Shown piece after piece: positions 26,754 through 39,287 of a DNA stretch of 64,000 nt (the first letter of the stretch is position 1; each line of letters starts with the position of its first letter). The notes beneath the pieces were generated by a model. It searched no databases and was not told where the DNA came from. It worked only from the letters and a program-made list of their open reading frames with translations. Where the stretch lies: the NCBI RefSeq assembly GCF_025526975.1, contig NW_026515683.1, forward strand, positions 124,001-188,000. The letters are read 5' to 3'. The position numbers and the translations under genes were made by a program. The DNA comes from Fimicolochytrium jonesii (Eukaryota).

Positions 26754-27447
26754 GTGGGAAGCATACATACCTCCCGCCTCTATGGTGAAACTCCACAGCT
26801 CTGCGTCGCAGGCGGCGTAGCTCTAGACCTCTGGCGTACGATGCGCCTCATGCGCCAGTCCCCCTTTCAAGTAGCATAGAGTACAGACATATAGAAGCCA
26901 TTAGAGCTGGGACGACTACAAAGGGAGTGTCCTGCCTTGATCCTGTAGACAATTGCTCCGAGAATAATATCGATATATGGCCGTTTGCTCGAATGACAGT
27001 TGCGAAAGGAGAGCGTCGGAGCGTCACAAGACTGAGTCATCGCGCGTCTGCGGACGGCCGTTTGTCGTCGCTCCTTTTTCAGCCTTTTTTCCAACGTGCT
27101 GTTTTGCTACTAGTATCCACAGCTTGGCATCCCACGACGATACTGGGATAGTGGTTGCCGTTCCGATACATACATTGCGTACTTGCCTGGGCAACATAGA
27201 AAGCATACGGCGGCGTGGGTCGGGATATCCTTGGTCGTGAAACTACGCACAGCGCAACGCCGAGTCGGAGGCGGAACGAGCAACGGAGCCACCAACAACA
27301 CAGGCCCGACAAAAACCAGCAGAAGCGAAAAGATAGCGCTCTCTGCACCTCACGTTCAGACCGCTCTCGCTCTTTTGCATCCTTCCTCGGGCATCTGTCC
27401 AGTTTCGGAAGTGAAGCTGAAGGAAGCTCGGTGATAGGCCCTGAACC

Positions 27448-30153
27448 ATGGCGACCCCTTCAATTGACACAAGCACACTAGCCACGGCTGTGGTGGAATG
27501 GGTCGCTTCATTGCAGCTGGAGCGACCGTGTCACACACCTGAAGACCTCAGCAATCCAAATCTCTTATATGATGTTCTCACCGAAGTGTAAGTTATCCCT
27601 CGCCCTATATATGTATATATATCGGGCAAAAGTCTGGTTTTTTACGCAGCGGCAACCCTCTAATTTTTCGAACAGTGATCCGCAATGGTTCAAAGCCTCT
27701 CGTGCCGGCTCAGGCGCTGACGCCAACGACAACTGGGTCATGAAGTTTAACGGACTGAAGAAACTGTACAAACTTCTCATCGGCTACTACGAAGAGGTTC
27801 TCGGCCAACCCACAGGCGGACTCGACGTTCCGAATCTAACCTACATTGCACGAGACGAGGATGTTGCCGAAATGGTGAAACTAGCGCAACTGGTCGTAGC
27901 CCTCGCCGTACAGAGCGAGAACAACGGACGATACATCCAGAAGATCCAGGCATTAGACCAAATGTCGCAACATGCTTTGATGTTTGCCATCGAGAACGTC
28001 ATGGGGCGATTGACGAACCCAGCCAGTGCTGGACGCAGGCTGTCGGAAGTCGGAGCGGATCTGGACGACAGCAACGATGCTTTGATGTACGAGAAAGGGG
28101 AACTGGAGAGCAAGAATAAGGAGATGGCCGAGGAACTTAATGCGTTGCGGGCCGAGAATGAGAAAGTCAACTTGGCGAATGGAGCATTAGAGCAGAGGAT
28201 GCGAGAGATGGAATCGACGCTTTCGCAGTTGACCGAGGCGGGGCAGGTCGATTTCATTCTGAGAACAGAGATTGATAACCTGAAAGCGCAGCTGATGAAA
28301 ACGGAAAGCAGGCGCGCCGAGGTCGAGCAGCAATTCGAGAAACAGAATTCAGTGATCACTGACCTTACCCGGAAATACGAGGAAGCCTCAAACGACGCCG
28401 AGGAGGCCTCGCGCCTCAAAGACGCTCTGAACGAGTTCCGCCACATGGCAGATAAGCTACAAAAGTCCGAAGCGATCGTCGACAAATACAAGAAACGGTT
28501 TGAGGAGGTTGGGGATCTTCGCAAACAGCTGAAAGCCGCTGAGGAACAGGCCGCGCAACAGGCGCAGCGCAATGTGCAATTGGAGGAGGAGTTTCGGAAG
28601 GTGGCGCCGATAAAGCCACTTGTTAATACTCTGAAAGACCAGCTTAGCACCTTGGAGTCGAGGATAAGCTCGCTTCAGGTGGAGAATTCGACGCTGGAGT
28701 TTCAGTTCACGGAAGCAAGGACGAAATTGGAGCGGTATGAGATAGAGAGGAGGAATGACCATGAGCATATCCAGAATCTGGAGGATCGGTTGAGGGAAGC
28801 TGAGCTGAGAGGTAATCTTCATTATCGCAAACTGACGAGGAGAGGCAAAGGTCTCACGTTCGATGCTTTTTAGGCCCACCGATATCAGGCACCGCCGCCA
28901 CCGAGCTGGGATCAGATATGAGCAGCGTCAAGGTGGCCCAACTCGAACGAGAGGTGGAGCGGTTGCGGAATGAGAAGACATCTACGCAAGCTATTGCAGA
29001 AAAGGTGGTCGCCCTGGAAAATATGCTGGAAGATGCCAATCGCCTAAAAGCGAAATACGAGAAGGACTACCGATTCGCGTTTGAGAAGAATTTGGGTTTG
29101 GAGAATGAGCTTAGACAGATCCGGTCTATGTCTGACGTCGATGGGTATGTCGCAGGGTTCTGCTGGTTTCCCCTCACATTTCGCCAACACTAACCGATGC
29201 TCGTCGATTTATGACAGACGCTCCCAACCCTTCTCCCCCAGCACACCAACCACCCCCTCCCACCTTACAACCGAGCTCCAAGCCGCGCACAAGCAAATCC
29301 AAAAACTCACCGAAGAGCTTCGCCAAACCATCGGTCGCCTCAACAAATTCTCCTACGAGCGCGACCGTCTCCAGCTCGAGCTCAACGACGCCCAATCCGC
29401 CGTCACCCAGCAGGAGCGCGTCATTGGGGAGCTCAGGAGTGATCTGGCGGCGATGGAGTCCCGGGGGCAGAGTTCGGATGAGAATGTGCAGCGGATTGCG
29501 GCGATTACGAAACAGGCTGTGGATGCGCAGAGCAAGAATGATACGCTGCATGCGGCGTTGAAGCAGGCGAAGGAGGTGGGTTTGTTGTGGTGTGCTCCGG
29601 GGATGTGCTCCAACCTCAAATCGAAGTTTGGTAACTCACAACTTATCTCGTTTCGTTCAATCAGCACATCCGCCGGCAAGAAAAGTCGCTGAAAGACTAT
29701 TTCGCGCTTTTGCCCAAAGACGACAACTTTACCGAAGCCATCGCGTCGCTCCAGTCCACCCTGTCGGAGCGCGACGCTGAGCTCCTCAAGCTCAAACATG
29801 AGCTCGCTGATACCCGCGCCGCGGCGAGGCGTGAACAGGTAAGAGCGGTTGTGTATGGGAAGCTCTGGGACATTATTGATTTCACCTCTCATGATCATTG
29901 TGTGCTGACCTATTCTTTCCTCCCCACCCTTCAGTTCCTCATGGCCAGCGCCTGGTACTCCACAATAACAGACTCGCAAATCAAAGCCTCGGCGCGCCTT
30001 ACCGTCAGCGGCGCCAACAATCATAACAACGCACGACAACAAAATGGGGAGAAGGTCAATGGGGGATTGGCTGGAGGACCGCCTGAGACGCCAAAGAGCT
30101 GGCTGCAAAGACAGAGGATGCAGGTGTTGGAGCAGCAGCAGCATTTGAGGTAG
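27448..30153 (+). CDS. HOOK: HOOK family dynein/kinesin cargo adaptor (Hok1/HookA-like), multi-exon
   Basis: N-terminal Hook domain (VVEWV...DPQWF...NWVMKFNGLKKLYK...YIQKIQALDQMSQHALMFAIE), long coiled coil, C-terminal REQ-FLMASAWY and SWLQRQR. Confidence 0.9.
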
Positions 30154-31093
30154 TGTGGGGGTGCGAGGAGGAGGGTGGGGGGGCACTTTTTGCTAGCTGC
30201 GCGATTATGCGATATACGGTGTAGCGGACGTTTACTCGACCGCGGTGGACTAAGGAAGGATGACGAAACACACGGCGGGTGGGTGGACAATCCAATATGG
30301 GTTCCGAGCGAGGCGGTTTACATAGAAGAATGGACAGCATGCGAAGCGGCGTAGTGTGTACATCTAAATTGATCTCTTGTTTTGGTTTTTCTGATCTCAT
30401 TGGTTGGCAACATGGGCTGGATATCCAATGCTCGTATCATACTCTCTTGTATCCATCATGTTTTGTCGATCCACGGTTCACATATGCTACGCTAATAATA
30501 CTAGGATCGTTTGCCGCGCATGAAGTCGGGGTTATCTCGCAAGCGGCATCTGTGCGCATAGGATGGAACTTGACCTTTCATCACAACCATCTGTCCGATG
30601 TTCGTATGATTGACCCTTGATCCGCTAACTGGGGCTCACATTAATCCATATGTTTCACGCCAATGCATCGATGCCACTCGGTAACGGCAATGGTGTACCA
30701 CCCTAGTCCTAGATGTTCTTGTCGGAAAACGACCGCGGCCCAGTCTAAAATGACAGTATCTGCCCTTCACAGTTGCGCCTTTCTCATCAGAAGGGTAACC
30801 ATCTGAATCTGCCCAAGGCTTTGGGGAGAACGGGAACGGGAGCGTTTTTTATTCTCGCTCCGTGCGAAACCAGCCAGTGGCAGTGGGTATTTGCGGTTCA
30901 TATCCGTTCTAGACAAAGGCCGGTAGATAGCGGTGAGAAGAGAGGGATTTTGTAAACAATCTATCGAGAAGAAGCGAGACCAAGTTCCTCATATTCGTAT
31001 ACATTGTATTCACACTCAAGCGCCAGTACTGAAGCCGCGTCTACAGCAAAAGCCATTCTCCCGAATTGATTGCCTAATGCAACGCAACTCGTC

Positions 31094-32964
31094 TCACTTT
31101 CCGGAACCGTCGTCTGCTGGCTTATCCTTTTCTTCTGACTCCTTGTCCTTTCCATCTGACTCGTCATCTTCGTCTGAGGCATAACCGGCGACCAATGACG
31201 ATAAAGCGCTAGCCGATACTGGTTTCGTGGTTGATGCGCCGTCGTTTGCATCCCCATTGCCTGACTCCGCTGTCGTATCCCCAGCAGCAGTACCGTCAGC
31301 AGCTGGATACCCCGCCGCGTACCCCTGTGCCTCATACCACTGCTGATACGCCGCAGGGTCGTACCCGTTCGGATCATACGCCGCCGCCCCCTCGCCGCCG
31401 CCCGTGTACCTCCACCCGTATCCATCCCATGTCCACCCGTTATAGTTGCCATCCGCCCCTTGTCCAGTTTGCTGCTCCTCCACGCCATATGTAGCGTTAC
31501 TCGCGTCTGCCAAAAACGCCATCGTGTCGCTGACGCCCTCTGGTTTTGATGGCGCCGGTGCTGCTGCTGGGATCTGGGGTGGCAACGCGGCGACGGCAGA
31601 TGGGTCGTATCCGTAAGCATATGTGTTTGGATCGGCGTAATAGTTTTCGTAGTCGAGGATGGTGCCCCTGTCCCCCAAGCGGGGCAGTTTCTGCTGGATG
31701 GTCTCGCTAATGTGTTCTTCTACTTTGCGCTTCTTGGTGGCTATGACACGAGGATTGGGGTCATCGGTAGCCCAGCGCACATTAAGAACCTGCAATGATG
31801 TGTCCATCAGGAACCGATTCAGAGGCGTAACCAAGATCCAGTGTCCTCACCTCATTGCTGTCGAGGGATTGCCCATACATGGCTTCTCTTGCAAACTCGG
31901 CATTGTATCGCCTTACATAGCGAACGAAGGCTACATTTTTGCCGAACAGGACATTGACTAGATGCGGACGCGGGCCGGTAAGTAGGAAATTCTCATGTTG
32001 AAGAAGAATACAGCAGCGCCTTGACATACTGTGCTCAATTTCGCCCCAATCGCTGAAATGTCGCCGCACAACTGCCTACAGAACAGAAAGAACGATGTCA
32101 GTCTTCTCATCCTCGTGCGCATCGTAGGATCTTCCTCGCTTCTGGCCGTACCTCCATCTCAGATGTCGGGGCCTTGATGTTTCCAACATACAGTGTTCGG
32201 TTGTCTCGCTCAAAGGATCCAACTAGAAGGTGCTGATCGTTTAAAGATGGTACCTATGCAAACTGTCCTCTGCTCGAAAACGAACTTCTAGAAACTTACC
32301 ACCACCCATATCCTCGCGATCATTGCTGTTCAGATGATTGGTTCCATCAGTAACGGCCGTCAAATGAATGACGTGACCTCGAACACGGTTGCGTTCCTTA
32401 CCTGAAGCGTTCCCTTCCAAAGCAGTCATGAGCTTGATCTTCTCGGTCTTCAGGCAATGGTGCGCGATGCCATTGCTATGTATCCGTTCAAAACCAATCC
32501 ATGTTAACAGCAAAATCCACCGCCAGCACAATCAAGTCCTTCAGCACTATCGCCCAACTCACGTTGCATTCATGGCCCTTCATACAACATCCTCTGGAAA
32601 AATGGAGACAAAACGCCGACCCTGGTTGCGCCTTCGTGTACCCCATATCACGTTTCATATTGCATCGTCGTTCTGCCTTTTCCAGCCTGCAGTGACCGTC
32701 ACTTGAAGATTAGCAAGTTTCGACCGAAAGACGCTACAGCACATAATGGCGCTGGCTGATGGCTGACTCACCCTTTGTGCTTCTTCCCTTCGCCGCCCCA
32801 TCGGTTGTACCAAATGTTGTAGGTGCCCGCTTGCTCGACATTTACAGTCAATTTCGCGGGTGCATTGACCTATCATGACCAAAACGACGTCGATCAGGAA
32901 CGCTTGAATGGTGGGTCGCTAACAGCGAGCGGAGACAAACCTGTTTCCGAGCTGGTCTGTCCAT
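31094..32964 (-). CDS. CWC2: Pre-mRNA splicing factor Cwc2 (Torus/CCCH + RRM), multi-exon
   Basis: MDRPARKQ, TYNIWYNRWGG, RCNMKRDMGYTKA..FCLHFSRGCC, NRTLYVG, AEFAREAMYGQSL, VLNVRWATDDPNP. Confidence 0.92.
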
Positions 32965-33226
32965 ACTGCGTGCGGGGATCTGCTATAGGTTCGTAAGCGC
33001 TGTCCTTCTGTCCTTGTGCCCTGCTTGTGGGGTCGATGTCCGGTTGATGTCGACTCGAGTAAGTCGAGTTTTATGAGCAAGTCACGTGAGTTTCCATTTA
33101 ACTCCGGATCGCCTTTCGACGCTCAACGCTGGTATGTCCAAGGGTTCTCCCATTACCCTTCGCCGTCTCCGAAAGCAAGGGACTCAAGACAAGCAGTCCC
33201 ATTGAACAACAACGGAATATTCCAAC

Positions 33227-34355
33227 ATGTCGAGGCCGGAACATACCGCACCGCCGGAAATTGTAAGTCCCGGCAACTTTCGTGGTACTCAGTGATGGTT
33301 GTTGGGCTCACGCTGGTTACCTCCAGTTTTACAATGAAGACGAAGCTTCAAAATATACCAACAAGTATGGCCAGCATGCCTTATGTATATCAGTTGCAAA
33401 ATGGTCACTCATCCTTGTTTTCCCCTCTATCACTTTCTCAGTTCACGAATCATAGCCATTCAGAGTGAAATGACATATCGAGCCCTGGAGCTGTTAGCTA
33501 TCCCGGACGACCAAGTAGCGTTTCTACTGGATATCGGATGTGGGTCTGGGCTGAGCGGGGAGGTCCTGGACGAAGAGGGTCACTTCTGGGTCGGGATGGA
33601 CATCAGCGAGTCGATGTTGGAGGTGGCGAATGGACGGGAGGTCGATGGGGACCTGTTCTTGCAAGATATTGGGCAGGGGATGTCGTATCGACCAGGGACG
33701 TTCGATGGTGCGATAAGGTACTACCCGACGTCTTACCAGTCACCCCACGGGCAGAAGGACTGAACATCGATACGTCCTTACAGCATCTCAGTCCTCCAAT
33801 GGCTCTGCAACGCCGACAAAACCGTCAACAACCCCCGGTCCCGCCTGAAAACCTTCTTCAGCAGTCTCTACTCGTCCCTCGCCCGCGGCGCCCGCGCTGT
33901 CTTCCAATTCTACCCCGAAAACCCTGCGCAAATCGAAATGATCATCTCCAGCGCCATGAAGGCCGGGTTCACCGGAGGACTGGTCGTCGATTTCCCAAAC
34001 TCGACGAAAGCGAAGAAGTACTACCTGTGTCTGTTTGCTGGGTTTAAGGATAACGCGAGCGAGGCGCCGAAACTGCCGAAGGGGCTGGATGAGGAGAGTG
34101 GAGCCCAGGTCGCTTATGCTTCAAAACGGTACGTCTCTGAAGCTGAGGCTGGGAAAGCGAAAAATACCTTACTTCGTCTTGCCTAACATGTAATGTTCCA
34201 ACAGAACAAGAGAGAAAAGGAGAGGCAAAGACTCGAGAAAGGAACTCAAAGACAAGAACTGGGTTCTGCATAAGAAGGAGCTCAACAGGGTGCGCGGAAA
34301 GGAAACACCCAACGATTCCAAGTATACAGCTCGGAAACGGAGAGTGCGGTTCTGA
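33227..34355 (+). CDS. BUD23: 18S rRNA m7G methyltransferase Bud23/WBSCR22, multi-exon
   Basis: [82 protein letters not shown]. Confidence 0.96.
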
Positions 34356-34788
34356 GGTGGTTCGCGAAGACCGGCGAGGCATTCATTAGCGTCCTCAACA
34401 TGTAACTTATTTAGTAGTCTATTGCGTAGGAATAGGTAGCGTGGGGTGAGGTGACCTTTTTGGGATGCCTTCATTTGATTACCGCTGGATTGTACAGTAT
34501 ATCCTGCGAAACGTGACGTTGATGGTTTATTTACGTCCGTTAAGATGAGACCCGTCCGAGATGTCCGTGTTTGCTCTCAAGGGAAAATCGCGGGGATCAG
34601 GACAACAGAAGCAAGGAAGTAACACACAGGGGTATGGGCATAGTACGGTAGGCCAGTAATGGAGCATCACTATTCTATATGCATTGGGCACTCTGTATGG
34701 TACTCAACACCCAACGACCCATCCTTACCAGACGAATCAATCTGCAAACGTACTACTGTACGCGTACGACCTCCAACCTTTGGGCAAA

Positions 34789-35442
34789 ATGGGAACTCGA
34801 CACCTCATCCTCGTCTACTACAAAGGATCTTATCACATCGCCCAGTACGGCCAATGGGACGGCTATCCGAGCGGCCAAGGCGCGGACATCCTCGACTTCA
34901 TCAGTGATCCGGAGAACCTCGCGAACCTCCAAGCTGCCATCGACGCCGGGCATCTGTACACACCAACGCAAGAGCAGTGCGAGGAGTGGGACCGTCTAGT
35001 CTGGGAGAAGACTCTGGAACAGAAGGCGCGAATACGCGCTGGTATGGCCCACGGAGGACTTGAAGATTCCGACTTTCATCGCCCATCTATCGCCGACTAC
35101 TGCCCTTCTCTGTCGCGCGACACCGGCGCCGGCATCCTCAAGCTCGTCGCGGACGCCACTGGGCCTGTTCCCATCGTCACAGACGTGGACTTTATAGCTG
35201 ACAGGGATTACTGCGAATGGGCGTACGTGGTGGATCTCGATCAAGGTCTTTTTGAAGTGTTTAGTCGCAGGCCTTGGAGCGACGCCCCGACAGTCAAGAA
35301 CGATAGATTCAAGAATTTGGAGGCGGCTGAGAAACCGGGATGTCAACCCAAGTGTGTGGGTGCGTGGACCTTGGATGACTTGCCGAGTAAGAAGGGGTTT
35401 CTAGCTAGGTTTGCAGAACCGACGGAACAAGCTGGGCGATGA
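34789..35442 (+). CDS. Intronless hypothetical protein (217 aa) of the MGTR...QYGQWDGYP...CEWAYVVDLD type
   Basis: Clean single-exon ORF with AAAATGG start context and globular composition. I recognise the motif pattern from uncharacterised fungal and phage/bacterial proteins. Confidence 0.8.
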   Translation: MGTRHLILVYYKGSYHIAQYGQWDGYPSGQGADILDFISDPENLANLQAAIDAGHLYTPTQEQCEEWDRLVWEKTLEQKARIRAGMAHGGLEDSDFHRPSIADYCPSLSRDTGAGILKLVADATGPVPIVTDVDFIADRDYCEWAYVVDLDQGLFEVFSRRPWSDAPTVKNDRFKNLEAAEKPGCQPKCVGAWTLDDLPSKKGFLARFAEPTEQAGR

Positions 35443-35743
35443 ATGGACCATTGGGGTGAGAAGCCTTCGGTGATGTAGCGAAGCTTTCCTGTTTTTCGAC
35501 AGTCCTAGCACCATTTGTCGGCCCGTTGATTCAATTGAAAAGGTGTATATACAGCGGAAAATGGATGTAAATGAATTGTCGGTGCGTGTGGTTAAGAAGA
35601 CGAAGATTTTTCACCACTTCTCTCATGTGCGGAGCGAGGTACCTTCTTTCCCTCGTTGAATGTTATTATGTTTTTACGCCATATGCAACAGCCAAACCAA
35701 AAGGATGGGTATCTAGACCACACACCACATCCACATCAAAACA

Positions 35744-37947
35744 TCACCCTCGTTCCCTCTTCACCTCCCACTCCCTCTCCCTCTTCATCTCCCACTCTCC
35801 CTCCCTCCCACTCCCACGATCCCGATCCCTCTCGCGGTCCCGGTCTCGCTCGCCCGGCGGGATCCTGCGGATGGGGCCGGATGAGGATGTGGGTGTTGAC
35901 ATTGCTGATGGGTTGTGGTCGCGGTCGGGGCCGAGGGGTGTTGCGGCGGAGGAGGGCGGGCGGGGGTAGCCAGGGCGTTGGAATGCTGTTAGGGGGGAAT
36001 AGGGTTGGGCGGTGAATACAGATTCGAGGCAGATAGTCGTTTGACAAACTTAGAGGTTATGAAGACTCACGCGACTCTCCATCAAACTGCCCATGATGCC
36101 CACTATGCGGCGACGGGCCCCCACGCATCTGCTGTTGCATCTGCATTTGCATCTGTCTCGCAGCCTGCTGTTGTTGCGCCGTGCTGATCCCCGCCCCGCT
36201 GCCGCCAGGGCCGCCGCGTTGCTGACCCCGGGGCGTGATGACATTGCCGTTCGGGCCTGCACCGCCGCCGCCGCGGGGCCGGAAGGGGTCGAAGCCCCCT
36301 TGAGGGAGCATGTCGGGGGGCAGGAAGGGTGGCATGCCACCGTAGGGATCCTAGAATGTTTACGTCAGGATTGGGGACGCGCTTACACGAATGAGGCGCG
36401 AAGGAGGGCACTCACCGGACCGCCAAACATTCCCATGGGTGGTGGGCCTAAAAGTGACGAAATCCTGCCCGTGTGAGTCTTCCACGCGAAGGTATCCGAA
36501 GGATACTCAACACCTGCTTACCGCCGAAATCTGGCATGAACCCGTCAGGCGGGAAGAACCGCGGGTTCCGCATTTGCAGCGGTTGTTGTTGATGTTGCGC
36601 CATCATCATGTCCTCGGCTGTTGCGTAGTCCATCATTTCATCTTCTTCTCTTGGGCGTTTGCCTACACGCACGTATGGGCTCCCATGTCAAGAAAGGGTT
36701 CTTGTAGTTGATAAGCGAAGTGCCACACCCTACCTGGCCGTGCACCCGCAATCTGCTGTTGTTGCCCTGGCATCCCTATTCCCAGTGCACCCGCCGACAT
36801 GCCCACCTCGGCCACCTGTGCAGCCACCTTCTCGCGCATCCCCTTCTGCTTTCCGCAATACGCCTTCCAAGTCTGCTCGTTGAACCCATAATTGAAGAAG
36901 TCGGTTATATCCGCTCCCGGCCGACGCCATGGCTTCTCTTCCAGCGTGTCGAGGTCGAGATTGATGAGCTCAACGCCGTCGAATTTGCCGGCTTCTTCTA
37001 CGTCTACTACGGATTTCGTAATCACGGGTGGTTTGACGGGTGGTGCTATTGTTCCATCTGGATGAAATGGAGTGAGCCTCTTATGATGCGGTCATCCCAC
37101 CCATGTCCATCAATGTGCGCGATATTCAGGGATGGTCCTACCTTGTCTTGGTATAGGCTGCGCAAGCTTCGCTGGAATCCTTACGACTGGACTGGCTTTG
37201 ACCGTTGCGCTGCACCCAGAGGCATTGAGAAACCTGTTGCGAGCGTATGTCGACTCTGAGGTGATGCGGAACCTACCTCTCGGATGTATTTGTTCGTTGC
37301 AGCTGTTGTACTTGCGGATGCTGATGCGAGTGCATGTTGTTTCCCGGTGTTGTTGGCGCCGATTGTGCACCCGGTCCTATGCTATCCAGAACAATCTCGA
37401 TGTCCTGTATACACATTTTCCAACGCTCGTCAGCAGGGATCCCCGCCCGTAGAATCGAGGAGACCCAAGTATACGCACATCATCGCTGTCATCATCTTCT
37501 TCGTCCTCACCATCGACATCCAAGCTCGACAGGTTCTGCGATACGGCTCCGCTATCAACGAGACGCAGGAACATGGGCTTAGTACCACAAATCTCCCTTG
37601 CGTCCAAGAGTCCGACGTCCCACAGGAAAACCATCCCCACCTTTGCGCCGGTGTCTCCTGAGCTTGTGGTGGCTCATACGGCTCGTCATCATCATCCTCT
37701 GGTGGCTCATAAGGCGCATCATCCTCCTCCCCGTCTGCTACAGCAGCTGGTGCGGTCTCCTCTACCTCCTCTACCAGTTCGCCGGCCGAAACCTCTTCTT
37801 GAGTAGGAGGGGTCGGTGCCTGGCCTGTAACGTTGACAGTTAGAAGGTAATACAGCTTCAGGAGAGTAGCAACGAGAGGCTACCATTGCTTTCACTTTTC
37901 GAGACGGCTTCCCCATATAGGAATTGATCTAGGTCATCGTCGTCCAT
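35744..37947 (-). CDS. FIP1: Polyadenylation factor Fip1, multi-exon
   Basis: [13 protein letters not shown] start, EEDDDSDD acidic stretch, Fip1 motif [32 protein letters not shown]-rich tail. Confidence 0.93.
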
Positions 37948-38376
37948 GTTGGGTCAGGTACTCAAAGCGGTTTCCAAAAGTATGTAATAGAACCCGACAA
38001 GTCAACTTCCCAAACGTCAGCGGTGGACGAGCGCCTAAGCAGCTGTATGCTGGTTGCGGTGCTAAGAAGCTGGCCTGCTGTACGTATGCGAGACGGTCAC
38101 GGGGGTCGGACGGGAAGACGCACTACGTTACAGCAAGTGGGAAGTCGCCTCTTCAGAGTGTTCAAGGTGTTCACGCAGTTCGACGCGCCTTCGTTCCTCC
38201 CGAACTGCACTCTGAATTCGTCTCGCAGGGACCCCCTTCTGCCAACTTTGGTTGCAACCCGCAACGGTGTGAAGTGAGTTTCCTCTTCGAAGGAAAGGAC
38301 AGAGCGTCTTTGGGCCACTCGACCGGTCAACCCTCAAGTCCCAACGTCCGATAGACGAAACTCCGCCTCAGCAAAG

Positions 38377-39150
38377 ATGTCCGCCATGCCTGTTCTGATG
38401 CCTGTTCGCCTCGCACGGCGCGGACAAACCCTTTCCCATCACCTCCAACCCCGACCCCGACCTGCCCACCACCCACCAGCCGCCCGTCCTTTCTTCTCCC
38501 TTCCCAATATTCTCCCTTCGGCCCCGACACCACCCAAAAGCCATCAGCAAAGGCATATCCTCCCCTACTCGCCACACCAACTGTACGAAATCGTCGCCGA
38601 TGTCGACAAATATAGCGAGTTTGTGCCATGGTGCAATAACAGCACCGTGTTGAGTAGTAGGGAGAGTGGAGAAGGGAAGGTGATGAGGGCCGAGTTGGGG
38701 GTCGGATTTGGAGCTATGAGTGAGCGGTATACAAGTCTGGTGGAGTGCCAAACGGGGAGGAGCGTGACTGTAAGTTCAGGTTTGTTAGGTGAGGAAGGTC
38801 TCCGGAGTTCTCATCGTCAACTCCTGCTTGCGCTTCTACAGGCAACAGCTCAAAAATCGACGCTATTCAAGCATCTTGTAACAACATGGAACTTCAGTCC
38901 TGTACGTCCAGCACCACCTTCTAATACAACTGGCGGGGGGACATCGCCGTACGACACATCTCCATGCGCGGTAGATTTTTCGATATCTTTCCAATTCGCC
39001 AACCCGTTGTACGCACAGCTTTCCAACGTCTTCTTTACCGAAGTCAGCAAGAGCATGGTTGGCGCGTTCGAAAAGCGGGCCGCGGAGGTCTATGGGCCTG
39101 CTGGTGGGAGTGGAAGAATCGTCAATGGACGCGAAACGGGACTTGGATAG
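38377..39150 (+). CDS. COQ10: Coenzyme Q-binding START-domain protein; one 72-nt intron at 38770-38841
   Basis: Mitochondrial presequence-like N terminus; ILPYSPHQLYEIVADVDKYSEFVPWC, AELGVGF, LFKHLVTTWNF, MVGAFEKRA. Confidence 0.93.
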   Translation: MSAMPVLMPVRLARRGQTLSHHLQPRPRPAHHPPAARPFFSLPNILPSAPTPPKSHQQRHILPYSPHQLYEIVADVDKYSEFVPWCNNSTVLSSRESGEGKVMRAELGVGFGAMSERYTSLVECQTGRSVTVSSGLLGEEGLRSSHRQLLLALLQATAQKSTLFKHLVTTWNFSPVRPAPPSNTTGGGTSPYDTSPCAVDFSISFQFANPLYAQLSNVFFTEVSKSMVGAFEKRAAEVYGPAGGSGRIVNGRETGLG

Positions 39151-39287
39151 AGTAGCTAGCTTGGGAGTACATAACGAATGGGAGGAGAGTAGCATTGCAA
39201 CTTATGGCGTACGAGACAACTCCCGTAGAATAGAACTATAGAGCCGCTATCTCCGAACAAAGGTCTACCTCTATGTCAATCTAATTC

